Virus record (IMG/VR): IMGVR_UViG_3300021088_000009
Source of the DNA: a virus
Length of the DNA stretch: 64,000 bases
Strand: one strand, 5' to 3'
Part shown: positions 32,552-41,615 of the stretch, one piece after another
How the letters are laid out: every line of letters starts with the position of its first letter
Numbering within the stretch: position 1 is the stretch's first letter
The notes under the pieces: generated by a model
Database searches by the model: none
What the model was told of the DNA's origin: nothing
What the model saw: the letters and a program-made list of their open reading frames with translations, nothing else
Position numbers and translations under genes: made by a program

Positions 32552-33514
32552 GTGACAACGATCAAAACCAAGAGCGTCGGAGACATGCTCGGAACGTTCG
32601 GCCTTCAGTTCGGATCCCTCCCGGCCGGGGTGGAGCGCTACACCGTCGTCATCGACGCGGCCGCCGCCACCCGCCTGCTCAATGCCAACGAAGGCAACCG
32701 GCGACTCAACCAGACCCTGGCCTTCTCCTACGCCCGCATGATGGAAGAGCCCGGCGGCTGGCCGTACGTCGGAGACCCGATCCGCGTCGACAAGACCGGT
32801 CGCCTCCTGGACGGCCAGCACCGCCTGCGGGCCGTGGAACTGTGCGGCGTGCCGCTGACCGTCGACATCATCCTGGGCCTGGAACCGGAAACCCAGGACA
32901 ACATGGACGTCAACGCCACCCGCAAGGCGTCCCACCAGGTCGCCATGGCCGGCGTCAAGCACGCCGTGGCAGCGGCCCCGGCGGCCCGGCTGCTCATGCG
33001 ATGGGGCTTCCACGACGACCCGGAGCGGGAGACGTGGACGCTGGCATCGGACACCTTCGCCCCGGCGCGGCCGGAGATCACACAGTGGGTGCGGCGGCAC
33101 AAGGACGCGATCGAGCGGTCCAGTGGGCTGGCGTTCGCTGCGTTCAACGCGATGGGCATCAAGCCGTCGGTGGCGGCGGCCTTGCACTTCCGGGCCTCCC
33201 GGATCAGCCTGGCCTACGCGGACGAGTTCCTGTACTCCCTGCGTACAGGGGAGGACATGAGCGCGGGCAACCCGATCCTGACACTCCGGAACAAGATCAT
33301 CCGTCAGAAGCGGGACTCCATCCGCGAGGAACAGGACCCCCAGCTGTACCACGCGGTCACCGCCTGGAACTGGTGGATCGCGCGCAAGCCGACCTACAAG
33401 CTTCAGTCGCCCCGGAACGAGCCGATCCGGGCCGGGAGCGAGATCAAGTTGTCCACCAAGATCCTGTTGGTGGACGGCGAGAAGTGGGCCCCGAAGGAGA
33501 AGGACGAGAAGTGA
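32552..33514 (+). CDS. ParB-like nuclease-domain (ParB/Srx N-terminal domain) protein
   Basis: 320 aa. DGQHRLRAV motif (the ParB DGxHR signature). AAGGAG RBS, GTG start. Confidence 0.65.
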   Translation: MTTIKTKSVGDMLGTFGLQFGSLPAGVERYTVVIDAAAATRLLNANEGNRRLNQTLAFSYARMMEEPGGWPYVGDPIRVDKTGRLLDGQHRLRAVELCGVPLTVDIILGLEPETQDNMDVNATRKASHQVAMAGVKHAVAAAPAARLLMRWGFHDDPERETWTLASDTFAPARPEITQWVRRHKDAIERSSGLAFAAFNAMGIKPSVAAALHFRASRISLAYADEFLYSLRTGEDMSAGNPILTLRNKIIRQKRDSIREEQDPQLYHAVTAWNWWIARKPTYKLQSPRNEPIRAGSEIKLSTKILLVDGEKWAPKEKDEK

Positions 33515-33762
33515 TCTCAGACATCACGCTGTCCGTCTTGGGCGTGGTGGTGGTGACGCTCCCGTACGTGCGCTGGTATGTGCGGGAGCGTCGTCATGCC
33601 CAGGACATCGTTGTGCACGCGGAGTTCATGACCTGGGTGGCCGCGTTGGAGCGGGCCGGCTACGAGCAGGCACGGGACATCAACACTGTGGCCATCATCG
33701 CGCGATACCAACGTGGCCGGCGGCGGAGTATGGAGGCCGCCCTCGCTCGCTCAAAGGGTTGA
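33511..33762 (+). CDS. hypothetical small membrane protein
   Basis: GTGA start/stop overlap with the upstream gene. 83 aa. N-terminal TM helix. Confidence 0.5.
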   Translation: MISDITLSVLGVVVVTLPYVRWYVRERRHAQDIVVHAEFMTWVAALERAGYEQARDINTVAIIARYQRGRRRSMEAALARSKG

Positions 33763-33787
33763 CTAGTCGGACTGGCACGGGTAGTCT
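33749..33787 (+). promoter_or_regulatory. promoter copy P9
   Basis: CTCAAAGGGTTGACTAGTCGG with -35 at 33759-33764. -10 TAGTCT at 33782-33787. Confidence 0.55.
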
Positions 33788-33820
33788 TTCGGGTGTCAGG
33801 AACCAACCAGGGAGGCCCGG

Positions 33821-34207
33821 ATGACCGCCACCATCACCCCCGTGATCGACTCCGCCGAATGGGTGTGGGACGAACGCTCCACCTTCGACGACGCACTGAG
33901 CTTCGCGGACTGGCTGGGAATCGACGATTCCGTCATCTCCGCCGCCGCGATCGTCCTACTGAAGCGGAACCTCGCAACCGCATGGGCCAACGAGGGGCAC
34001 ACGATGGTGGACGTCCCGGCCGACAACTACGATCAGCTGATCGACGCGGAACACCTCCCGGCCGAGATCCTCCCCGACCTGGACCTGTGCGAGTCCGTGT
34101 GGAGCAACGCCCTGAACGCCCTGGACTTCGATGACATCATTGCGGTTGCCGGACTGACCGCCGAATACACCGGATTCGTCCAGTCGCAATCCGATTACCA
34201 CTACTGA
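33821..34207 (+). CDS. hypothetical acidic protein
   Basis: Lies downstream of promoter copy P9. GGGAGG RBS, ATG start. 128 aa. Confidence 0.65.
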   Translation: MTATITPVIDSAEWVWDERSTFDDALSFADWLGIDDSVISAAAIVLLKRNLATAWANEGHTMVDVPADNYDQLIDAEHLPAEILPDLDLCESVWSNALNALDFDDIIAVAGLTAEYTGFVQSQSDYHY

Positions 34208-34216
34208 GAGAACAGC

Positions 34217-34414
34217 GTGAGTCGACGCCAGGGAGAAGGCCCCGTCATCATCAAGGACGGGGCAAGAATGAAACAGACCTTCACCGGGAAGGATCTGTGC
34301 TACATCCACGGTTGCACCGGAAGGCCGGCATATAAAGTCGCCTTCCGTCCCCGGGACAACGAGATGGTGTGGATGTGCAAGAGGCACTCCGGGGAATACG
34401 GCGCGGAAGCGTAA
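34217..34414 (+). CDS. hypothetical protein
   Basis: GTG start. 65 aa. Carries the motifs CYIHGC...CKRH. Confidence 0.5.
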   Translation: MSRRQGEGPVIIKDGARMKQTFTGKDLCYIHGCTGRPAYKVAFRPRDNEMVWMCKRHSGEYGAEA

Positions 34415-34433
34415 ACTAAGGAGGTCACCGGAA

Positions 34434-34748
34434 ATGTTCGAACAGGCAGTCCAGGCCGGCATTCAGGTCTTGGAGGAGAAGGGACTCAACTGGCGTGCGG
34501 CCGCCCTCAACCCGCGCCTGGACATGGCGTGGGGCGACGTGTGCATCCTCGGTTTCCTTCAGGGAGACTACGCCACCACCCAGCGGAAATGGGGGGTCAC
34601 GGATGACTGGATGGAGAGGCACGGCTTCTTCGTCACCGAAGCCACCCTGGCCGTGTCGGACATGAACTTCACCGAAGCCTGCCTGGAACTGGCCGAGGCG
34701 TGGCGCAACGCGGCACAGTCCACGGATCTGATCGAGGCGACCGGCTGA
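34434..34748 (+). CDS. hypothetical protein
   Basis: AAGGAGG RBS, ATG start. 104 aa. Confidence 0.65.
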   Translation: MFEQAVQAGIQVLEEKGLNWRAAALNPRLDMAWGDVCILGFLQGDYATTQRKWGVTDDWMERHGFFVTEATLAVSDMNFTEACLELAEAWRNAAQSTDLIEATG

Positions 34749-34957
34749 TGCCCACCCCCAAGGAAACCACGAAGCGCACAGCGAGCAAGATCCGCAAAGG
34801 CGACAGGGTGGTGAGCGACTCGGTCAAGACCAAGGGGCAGATCATTCGGGTGACCAGCGTCGTGAAGGACGGCCCCGACTCCTATTTCATCACCTTCTCT
34901 GATGGTGACTGGACCAGCTGTGCCGGCAACGTCCCCTTCGACGTGGTTACGCGATGA
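34748..34957 (+). CDS. hypothetical protein
   Basis: TGATG start/stop overlap with the upstream gene. 69 aa. Confidence 0.55.
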   Translation: MPTPKETTKRTASKIRKGDRVVSDSVKTKGQIIRVTSVVKDGPDSYFITFSDGDWTSCAGNVPFDVVTR

Positions 34958-35349
34958 GCAACAGTTGGCATCACGCCGTGAGTGCCGCCCACAAGTGGGG
35001 CGGCACCCCCGAGGACTATCTTCCGATCGAGGAATTTATCGACGGAAGCAAACAGGCCATGGGTGACGTTCGGCACCGTGCTCTCTACCATCACACGCTG
35101 GGCGTGTTCCTAGTGGAACAGGTATTCGGCCCCACCATCACCATCACCAAACGCAACGGCACCGGCACCTACCAGGTCCCCACCCGCGAAATCGCCGAAC
35201 GGCACATTGTGGAAGACCTGGGCCGCATCCCGTCCCCGTCCGATTGGCTGGAATGCATGAACGTTCAGCCGTGGATGGGCGGACGCCTCACCCGCTTCGT
35301 CGGCCGTGAAGGCTTCCTCACCACCACCATTCAGGAAGGCCGCAAGTGA
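34954..35349 (+). CDS. hypothetical protein
   Basis: ATGA start/stop overlap with the upstream gene. 131 aa. Confidence 0.6.
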   Translation: MSNSWHHAVSAAHKWGGTPEDYLPIEEFIDGSKQAMGDVRHRALYHHTLGVFLVEQVFGPTITITKRNGTGTYQVPTREIAERHIVEDLGRIPSPSDWLECMNVQPWMGGRLTRFVGREGFLTTTIQEGRK

Positions 35350-35870
35350 CCAAGGACGAGACGTTCGAGGGACGCCCCATCACTGGGGATCTCAGTTACC
35401 GCGACTACACCGCCGTGGAACAGTGGGACCGGCCCCGGTTCCTGGAACTGTTGGACGCTGTGCTGACCGCGCCGGACGTGTCGGCCGTCCGCTGGCGTCA
35501 GTGGGTTCCCTCGTTCAACGACGGCGACCCGTGCGAGTTCACCATGGGTGAGTTCTACCTGCGTCCCGCCACCACCGTGTTGGACGTTTCGGGGGACTCC
35601 GACGACCCGGACCCGGACGACTACGACGATGACGAGACCGGTGAATACGGCGACGGTTTCCAGGACTTCGGGGACCTCACCCGCGTCTGGGACAACACCG
35701 CCGGCAAGTACGTGGAGTTGCCGAACCCGCACCCCGGCGGCGAACCCCTCCGGAAGCTGAACGAGCAGTCCGGGCACTTTGAGGCGGTGTTGCGGGAAAG
35801 CTTCGGGGACCACGCGATTGTCACCGCCACCACCGCCGGATTCCAGGTGGAGTTCTACGAGCATGACTGA
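35346..35870 (+). CDS. hypothetical acidic protein
   Basis: GTGA start/stop overlap with the upstream gene. 174 aa. Asp-rich stretch. Confidence 0.6.
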   Translation: MTKDETFEGRPITGDLSYRDYTAVEQWDRPRFLELLDAVLTAPDVSAVRWRQWVPSFNDGDPCEFTMGEFYLRPATTVLDVSGDSDDPDPDDYDDDETGEYGDGFQDFGDLTRVWDNTAGKYVELPNPHPGGEPLRKLNEQSGHFEAVLRESFGDHAIVTATTAGFQVEFYEHD

Positions 35871-36762
35871 CGTCAGCGCAGACCACGACCGGGTTCCGGC
35901 CCGGTCGTGGTCGGTGTCCCAGTCCCACGCGATGAACGAGTGTCCCCGCGCGTGGTGGTTCCGGTACGTCGCGAAGGCCGCCCCGGCACAGCCACGCCCG
36001 GTAAAGCAAGTCGTGGGGTCCGCGATTCACGCCGGCCTGGAAGCCGCGTACCTCGCGGCGAAGGCTAACGCGGCCTGGGCCGGTTCCCGTCGCATGGTCG
36101 ACACCTACGCAATGGCCGCCCTGACGGCGTTCAGCGCCTACTGGGACGCCAACGGGGCCAGGATCCGGGAGTACGAGCGGCACGACGCTGAGCGGCTCCT
36201 GCTGGAACTGTTGGACGTGCTGGTGACCCCGCGCCCGTGGGAGATCCTCGGCGTGGAAGAGCAGTTCACCCTCCGCACGTTCCCGCAGACCAATACCCCC
36301 CCGGCGACCGTCACGGGCGTGATGGATCTGGTGTTCAACACCAGCTACGCGGATGTGAAGTCCATTCACATTCGGGACTGGAAGCTGGGCACCGTGCCCA
36401 CCGACCCGAAAGAGCTGGAGAACAACCAGCAGTTGTGCACCTACGCGGCGGCGGCCACGCACCGGTGGCCCTGGGTTCAGCAGATCACCGTTGGCCTGTA
36501 CTCGATCCGGGAACGCCGGGAGGTCATCACGGAGCTCCACTCGGACTCGATCAACCATGCCGTGAACCAACTGTCCTACGACGCGGAGACCGGCCGGTTG
36601 CGGGCGGCGCGGCGGTGGGTGGAGCCCCTTCCGGGTGAGCACTGCGGCGGGTGCCGGTTCCGGTCGTACTGTCCGACGATGGTGAAGAACCGGCCGCCTC
36701 TCGTGCCCGGGGTGGATCTGGTGGCGGAACGCGCCATGATCGCCGAGAAGCTCACAAGCTGA
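35863..36762 (+). CDS. PD-(D/E)XK nuclease, Cas4/RecB-like with C-terminal Cys cluster
   Basis: 299 aa. D...E.K motif in MDLVF...IRDWKLG. C-terminal motif CGGCRFRSYC (Fe-S-like). Confidence 0.6.
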   Translation: MTDVSADHDRVPARSWSVSQSHAMNECPRAWWFRYVAKAAPAQPRPVKQVVGSAIHAGLEAAYLAAKANAAWAGSRRMVDTYAMAALTAFSAYWDANGARIREYERHDAERLLLELLDVLVTPRPWEILGVEEQFTLRTFPQTNTPPATVTGVMDLVFNTSYADVKSIHIRDWKLGTVPTDPKELENNQQLCTYAAAATHRWPWVQQITVGLYSIRERREVITELHSDSINHAVNQLSYDAETGRLRAARRWVEPLPGEHCGGCRFRSYCPTMVKNRPPLVPGVDLVAERAMIAEKLTS

Positions 36763-36790
36763 CATCGTTACACACCAAGGAGTGCAAGGC

Positions 36791-38488
36791 ATGGAGGAGT
36801 ACGACGGGACCGTGACCCGGGTGTTTGGGCCGCCCGGCACCGGCAAGACACGTTACCTCGCGGACAACGTCAAGAAGCTAGTCATCGACAACGGCCCGGA
36901 CTCCGTGCTGATCAGCTCGTTCTCCACCACGGCCGCGAACGAGATTGCCTCCCGATTCGCTGACAACGCGTTGCCCCCCAACAAGAAGATGGTGGGCACC
37001 CTGCACAGTCACGCCTACCGCGCCACCGGGCATGGCAACGTGGCGTTGGACCCGAAGGTGATCGCGGACTGGAACGAGCAAGCCACGCCGGAGATGAGGA
37101 TCACCGCCGACAAGCGCGGCACCGGTGGCGACACCGGCAAGTTCGTCACCGACCCCATGAAGGCCGTCACCGGTGACGATCACCTTGGGTGCATGGATCT
37201 GTTGCGCGCCAAGATGATTCCCCGCGACGAGTGGCCCCGCAACATCATGGAGTTCGCCACCCGGTGGGATGCGTGGAAGCGGGACGCGGGCGCGGTCGAC
37301 TTCTCCGACATGATCGAAGGCGCGTACCAGCGTGCCCTTGACGGGGAGCACGCGCCGGGCAATCCGCAGTTCATCGTCTCCGACGAGTCGCAGGACATGA
37401 CCCCGCTGGAAACCAGTCTGGTGCTGGCGTGGGGCCGTCACGCGACTCGGACCGTGCTGGCCGGTGATGATGATCAGGCCATTAACGGGTGGCGCGGCGG
37501 CAGTCCCGGGCCCATGGTCAGTTTGCATGGGCCGGACGTGTCGGATCACATGCTGACGAAGTCTCACCGGGTGCCGGAGAACGTGCGGTTGGTCGCGGAG
37601 AGCTGGATTCGGCGGGTGTCGTACCGGAAGGACAAGACGTACACGGCCCGCACCCGGATGGAAGGAGAGGTGGACACGGGTGAGGTGATCGGCGGCACGG
37701 TGTTCGGGGTGCCGGAGACGCTGGGGTCTCCGGATCTGGTGGTGAGGATCAATCGGGATTTGGACGCCGGCAAAGACGTCATGGTAGTTGCGTCATGCAA
37801 CTATATGTTGGCTCCGTTGGTGGACAACCTCCGCGCCGAAGGCGTCCCGTTCCACAACCCCTACCGACCCGCCGAAACACGATGGAACCCGTTCGGCGGC
37901 GGCCGCGACGACGTGATGTCCACAGCGGAACGCGTCTACCGCTACCTGGTGCTGACCGATCGGGACTGGACCGGTGACGATCTCGCGGCATGGATGGATC
38001 TCGTCAAGATCAAAGACGCCGGCTTGGTGTCCACCGCGAAACAGATCGCAGCCCAGCTCGCGGCCAAGTGGGGCCACGACCCGGTGCCCTACGACGACAT
38101 CCCGCCGCTGTTCGCCACAGACGATGCCCTGGACTGGGCGACCCGACCGGATCCGGACTGGCTGGGATCATGCTTGCTGAAAGCTAAGCAACAATACGCG
38201 TCGTACCCGCTGGAAGTGGCCCGACAGCACGGCCATGCCGCGTTGCGGCAACCGCCCCGCGTGGTGGTCGGCACCGTGCACAGCGTCAAAGGCGCGGGCG
38301 CGGATGTTGTGTACCTCGCCCCGGACGTGTCGCGGGCGGCGGTGCAACAGAAAACACGGGCGAACGCGGACGAGTTGATCCGCCTGTTCTACGTCGGCAT
38401 GACCCGCGCGAAGGAATCCCTCCGCGTGCTTATGCCCAGTGGCGCGTACATGCCGCGCCTGATTCCCACTGGACTGGAGGCAATGTGA
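36791..38488 (+). CDS. UvrD/PcrA-like superfamily-1 DNA helicase
   Basis: 565 aa. Walker A motif GPPGTGKT. DExx motif in FIVSDESQD. Motif VI-like sequences GTVHSVKGAGADVVYL and FYVGMTRAKESL. Confidence 0.75.
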   Translation: MEEYDGTVTRVFGPPGTGKTRYLADNVKKLVIDNGPDSVLISSFSTTAANEIASRFADNALPPNKKMVGTLHSHAYRATGHGNVALDPKVIADWNEQATPEMRITADKRGTGGDTGKFVTDPMKAVTGDDHLGCMDLLRAKMIPRDEWPRNIMEFATRWDAWKRDAGAVDFSDMIEGAYQRALDGEHAPGNPQFIVSDESQDMTPLETSLVLAWGRHATRTVLAGDDDQAINGWRGGSPGPMVSLHGPDVSDHMLTKSHRVPENVRLVAESWIRRVSYRKDKTYTARTRMEGEVDTGEVIGGTVFGVPETLGSPDLVVRINRDLDAGKDVMVVASCNYMLAPLVDNLRAEGVPFHNPYRPAETRWNPFGGGRDDVMSTAERVYRYLVLTDRDWTGDDLAAWMDLVKIKDAGLVSTAKQIAAQLAAKWGHDPVPYDDIPPLFATDDALDWATRPDPDWLGSCLLKAKQQYASYPLEVARQHGHAALRQPPRVVVGTVHSVKGAGADVVYLAPDVSRAAVQQKTRANADELIRLFYVGMTRAKESLRVLMPSGAYMPRLIPTGLEAM

Positions 38489-38694
38489 GCCTGATTCGCA
38501 AGATCAATGGCGTCCCGATTGACCAGATCATCTACATCGAGATGACCGATGGCATCACGCACAACGTGAACAAGGGCACCCTACAGGGATGCTTCGACAT
38601 CGCGAACGAAGGAGTCGACCGCCTGAACTTCCGCAACCAGCACAACAGGTCGGTCACCGTGCGCTACGACTGCATTCGGGAGGTGCGTCGGTGA
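38485..38694 (+). CDS. hypothetical protein
   Basis: GTGA start/stop overlap with the upstream gene. 69 aa. Confidence 0.5.
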   Translation: MSLIRKINGVPIDQIIYIEMTDGITHNVNKGTLQGCFDIANEGVDRLNFRNQHNRSVTVRYDCIREVRR

Positions 38695-39116
38695 TCGACG
38701 ACGCCCCATTCGACCCGGAACCGCTCCGCAAAGCCGCCGCCCGCAAGGCCGCACGGCCCCGACGGCGCAGCGAGAAAGAGATCGTGGACGAAGGCATCGC
38801 CTTCCTGCGGGCACGGCCGGACAGCTACGCCCGCAAGGTCCACGGCTCCCAGTTCGGCAACGCCGGAGAACCCGACGTGGACGCCGTGTGCCGTGGCCGC
38901 TCCATGAAACTGGAATGCAAGGCACCCGACGGCGGCCGCCCCACCGCCGTCCAGTTCGGGGCGCTGAGACGATGGGCGAAAGCGGGCGCGCTCACCGGCT
39001 GGTTCACGTGCCTGGACCACGTGCGGGAGATCCTGGACCACGTGGACGATGATCACGTCATTGACGTGACCTTTCCGGGATGTTCCTGCCCCCGGCATCA
39101 GAACATCAGCACGTAG
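38691..39116 (+). CDS. VRR-NUC domain nuclease
   Basis: 141 aa. PD-(D/E)XK motif in GEPDVDAVCRGRSMKLECK. Conserved Q in AVQFGAL. Typical helicase-adjacent position. Confidence 0.6.
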   Translation: MIDDAPFDPEPLRKAAARKAARPRRRSEKEIVDEGIAFLRARPDSYARKVHGSQFGNAGEPDVDAVCRGRSMKLECKAPDGGRPTAVQFGALRRWAKAGALTGWFTCLDHVREILDHVDDDHVIDVTFPGCSCPRHQNIST

Positions 39117-39154
39117 GATATGCTCCGCGAAGTCACACCCAATAGGAGATCACA

Positions 39155-39487
39155 ATGGCCAGCAAGACCATGGTGGAACTGATCGACGACATCACCGGGG
39201 AACCGGCCGATGAGTCCGTCACCTTCGGCCTGGACAACATCACGTACACGATCGACCTGAGCGCCGACAACGCCAAGGAACTCCGCGACCGTCTCGCCGC
39301 GTTCATCGAGTCCGCACAGCGCGTGAAGGCCGTCAAGGGCGGCACCAAGCGCGCCGCCGGCATGACCCGGGACCAGAACCGCGCCATCCGCGACTGGGCA
39401 CGCGGCCAGGGCGAGACGGTGAGCGAACGCGGCCGGATCCCGGCGGAACTGATCGTCCGTTTCCAGGAAGCGCACGCCAGCGCCTGA
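39155..39487 (+). CDS. lsr2: Lsr2-like nucleoid-associated DNA-binding protein
   Basis: 110 aa. TAGGAGAT RBS. C-terminal Lsr2 DNA-binding motif RGRIPAELIVRFQEAH. N-terminal dimerisation-like region. Confidence 0.7.
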   Translation: MASKTMVELIDDITGEPADESVTFGLDNITYTIDLSADNAKELRDRLAAFIESAQRVKAVKGGTKRAAGMTRDQNRAIRDWARGQGETVSERGRIPAELIVRFQEAHASA

Positions 39488-39515
39488 TCACCATCACCAA
39501 GGAGAACACACCGTC

Positions 39516-40247
39516 ATGACCAGTCTTCACCAGATCCTCGCGGCCGAGAAGGGCGTCAAGGGCCGCACAGCACGCACGTTCACCGACGCCCACCACGCCG
39601 TGGCCAAGACGGCGCTGCTGTCCGGCATCACCCGCACCTACCAGCCGAACGACGACGACGGGGAGCGGTTGCCGTCGGAGTCCACCCCCGTCCAGATCAA
39701 CGCCCGTGACGCCATCGCCGAGGTCACGACCGCGTTGACTGAGCTGTTCGACGTGGTGATCACCAAGGACGCGGCGAACCAGGTCGCTTCGGCGGACCTG
39801 AGGGTGAACGGGAGCGTGCTGGTCCCCGACGTTCCCGTGACGACGTTGCTGTTCCTGGAGAAGCAACTGATCGACATCTACACGTTCGTGCGGAAGCTGC
39901 CCGTTCTGGACCCGGCGGAGCAGTGGCATCTGGATGAGCAGCGTGGCCACTACGCGACCGCGCCTGTGCAGACAGCGCGGTCCAAGAAGATCATGAAGAC
40001 GCACATCGCGTACCCGGCGACCACGGAGCACCCGGCGCAGACCCAGACGTACGGGGAGGACATTCAGGTGGGGCTGTGGACCACGCTGAAGTTCTCCGGC
40101 GCGCTCCCGGCCGCGCGGGTCGCGGAGCTGACGGCCCGTGTGGTGACGCTTCAGAAGGCGGTCACGGCGGCCCGGCAGGCGGCGAACAGCATGGAGATCG
40201 CGGACCGCCGGATGGGTGACGTGGTCCTGGGCTACCTGTTCGCGTAG
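39516..40247 (+). CDS. hypothetical protein
   Basis: AAGGAGAA RBS, ATG start. 243 aa. Confidence 0.7.
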   Translation: MTSLHQILAAEKGVKGRTARTFTDAHHAVAKTALLSGITRTYQPNDDDGERLPSESTPVQINARDAIAEVTTALTELFDVVITKDAANQVASADLRVNGSVLVPDVPVTTLLFLEKQLIDIYTFVRKLPVLDPAEQWHLDEQRGHYATAPVQTARSKKIMKTHIAYPATTEHPAQTQTYGEDIQVGLWTTLKFSGALPAARVAELTARVVTLQKAVTAARQAANSMEIADRRMGDVVLGYLFA

Positions 40248-40264
40248 CAGGCCAGCACGAACGG

Positions 40265-40300
40265 AAAGCCCCCTCCCGGCCGGAGGGGGCTTTCTTGTGG
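40265..40300 (+). terminator. rho-independent terminator (end of rightward arm)
   Basis: Stem aaagccccctccgg/ccggagggggcttt followed by CTTGTGG. Confidence 0.7.
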
Positions 40301-40415
40301 GTTGTCATCCCTTGTGCTAGGGTGGTGGTACCCGCTGAGCGGCGGGCTAACCAAACTGAATCTCACGATCAAGTTCGTCGTTATCAACGCGGCACAGTGG
40401 TGGTTCGACTCCATC

Positions 40416-40566
40416 CCGTGGCTCCAACCATGCCACGGTAGCCCAAGGGCAGAGGCACCGCGACGTCAACTTATTGCTCAAGATTCAGCATCGCACCGAA
40501 CACCAGGTCAACCGCCAGGGGCGAAGATAGTTGAGATTGCCGGTTCGAATCCGGCCCGTGGCTCCA
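40416..40566 (+). ncRNA. tandem tRNA-like modules with encoded CCA (two identical 3' ends cccgtggcTCCA, two 5' starts gccacggTAGC)
   Basis: T-arms ggtggTTCGACTccatc and gccggTTCGAATccggc are each followed by ccgtggc-T-CCA. The complementary 5' acceptor gccacgg follows each. The complete middle copy (40432-40566) carries a roughly 75-nt insertion. Confidence 0.4.
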
Positions 40567-40726
40567 AACCATGCCACGGTAGCGTAATGGCAACGCGCAA
40601 CGTCCTTCAAGAATGACCCCGACGCTTAAACGTACTGGTGTGCGCAATTCGGTGACGCCTAGGACTAAAAATCCTTACAGCATCTGGCCCGGTCGAGTGG
40701 ATACCTCGGCCGGGCCTCCTTATACC

Positions 40727-40773
40727 CCCAGAACGCAGAAAAGCCCCCCGCCGGGGAATCCCGGCGGGGGGCT
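40727..40773 (-). terminator. rho-independent terminator for the leftward late operon
   Basis: Stem aagccccccgccggg/cccggcggggggctt. On the minus strand it is followed by TTTTCTGCG. Confidence 0.7.
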
Positions 40774-40794
40774 TCACTGAACCTCAACTGAACT

Positions 40795-41091
40795 TCACTC
40801 CGCGATCATGGACTGTGCGCCCGTCGCCGGCCGCACATAGGTCGCCGTGGCCGGGTGACCCAACAGAACCGCCGCCAACCACGACGGCAACGCGCCCTCC
40901 GCCGCGTTGAACGCCAGCTTCCACGCCGCGACCGCAACCGGCACCAGAATGGACAGGCCCACGCCGTTCAGGCCATCCGCGAGCCCCGACAGCGCCGGGA
41001 TCCGCGTCACCACCCACGCCACCGCCACACCCCACAACGCCGGCACGACCGTACGCAGCCACGCAATCACCTTGTCGGACACAGGGGTCAC
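40795..41091 (-). CDS. membrane protein (holin-like, 3 TM)
   Basis: GTG start within a GTGTGA overlap with the upstream gene. 98 aa. Hydrophobic helices. Lies in the lysis cassette. Confidence 0.5.
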   Translation of the reverse strand: MTPVSDKVIAWLRTVVPALWGVAVAWVVTRIPALSGLADGLNGVGLSILVPVAVAAWKLAFNAAEGALPSWLAAVLLGHPATATYVRPATGAQSMIAE

Positions 41092-41237
41092 ACTCCCATC
41101 GGGATGAGCAGAGCGGCCACACCGAACAGCACGGCCGAGACAACCGCGAGAACCACGCCGGGGCGGCCCCCGATCAGGATCGCCAACGCGGCGCACAGAC
41201 CAGCCAGCGGCACCATCAACGCACGCAACAGGGTCAC
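41088..41237 (-). CDS. 49-aa membrane protein (holin-like)
   Basis: GGAGGGGA RBS followed by a GTG start. Translation VTLLRALMVPLAGLCAALAILIGG... has two TM helices. Confidence 0.5.
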   Translation of the reverse strand: MTLLRALMVPLAGLCAALAILIGGRPGVVLAVVSAVLFGVAALLIPMGV

Positions 41238-41605
41238 GATGCCGCGTCCCCTCCGGCCGCCTGAACGGCCTTGTCCAGCGCCGTGTAGGCGGCGGTGTTC
41301 GTGGCGTGCGGGGCACCTTCCGGCCAGTGCCAGGTACCGCCCATCTTCTCCGTCTCGTCGTGCCGGATCGGCACGCCGCCGGAGTTGAAGAACACGCCGG
41401 TCGGGTTCCACACCGCCAGGGCGCACGTCTCCCGCTCGAACTGCTGGGTGAGCACCCGCGTGTTCGGGTCCGGTGACGTCGAGTCCACCGTCACCCACTG
41501 CCCCGCTTCGGTGATGATCGCCGCCCGGCACAACGACGCGTACTCGCCGTTGGGGGTGCCGTAGCTGACGTAGTGGACGTTGCGGCCCACGGTCGGCTCT
41601 GTCAT
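41234..41605 (-). CDS. hypothetical protein
   Basis: AGGAGG RBS, ATG start. 123 aa. Confidence 0.65.
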   Translation of the reverse strand: MTEPTVGRNVHYVSYGTPNGEYASLCRAAIITEAGQWVTVDSTSPDPNTRVLTQQFERETCALAVWNPTGVFFNSGGVPIRHDETEKMGGTWHWPEGAPHATNTAAYTALDKAVQAAGGDAAS

Positions 41606-41615
41606 GCGTGACCTC

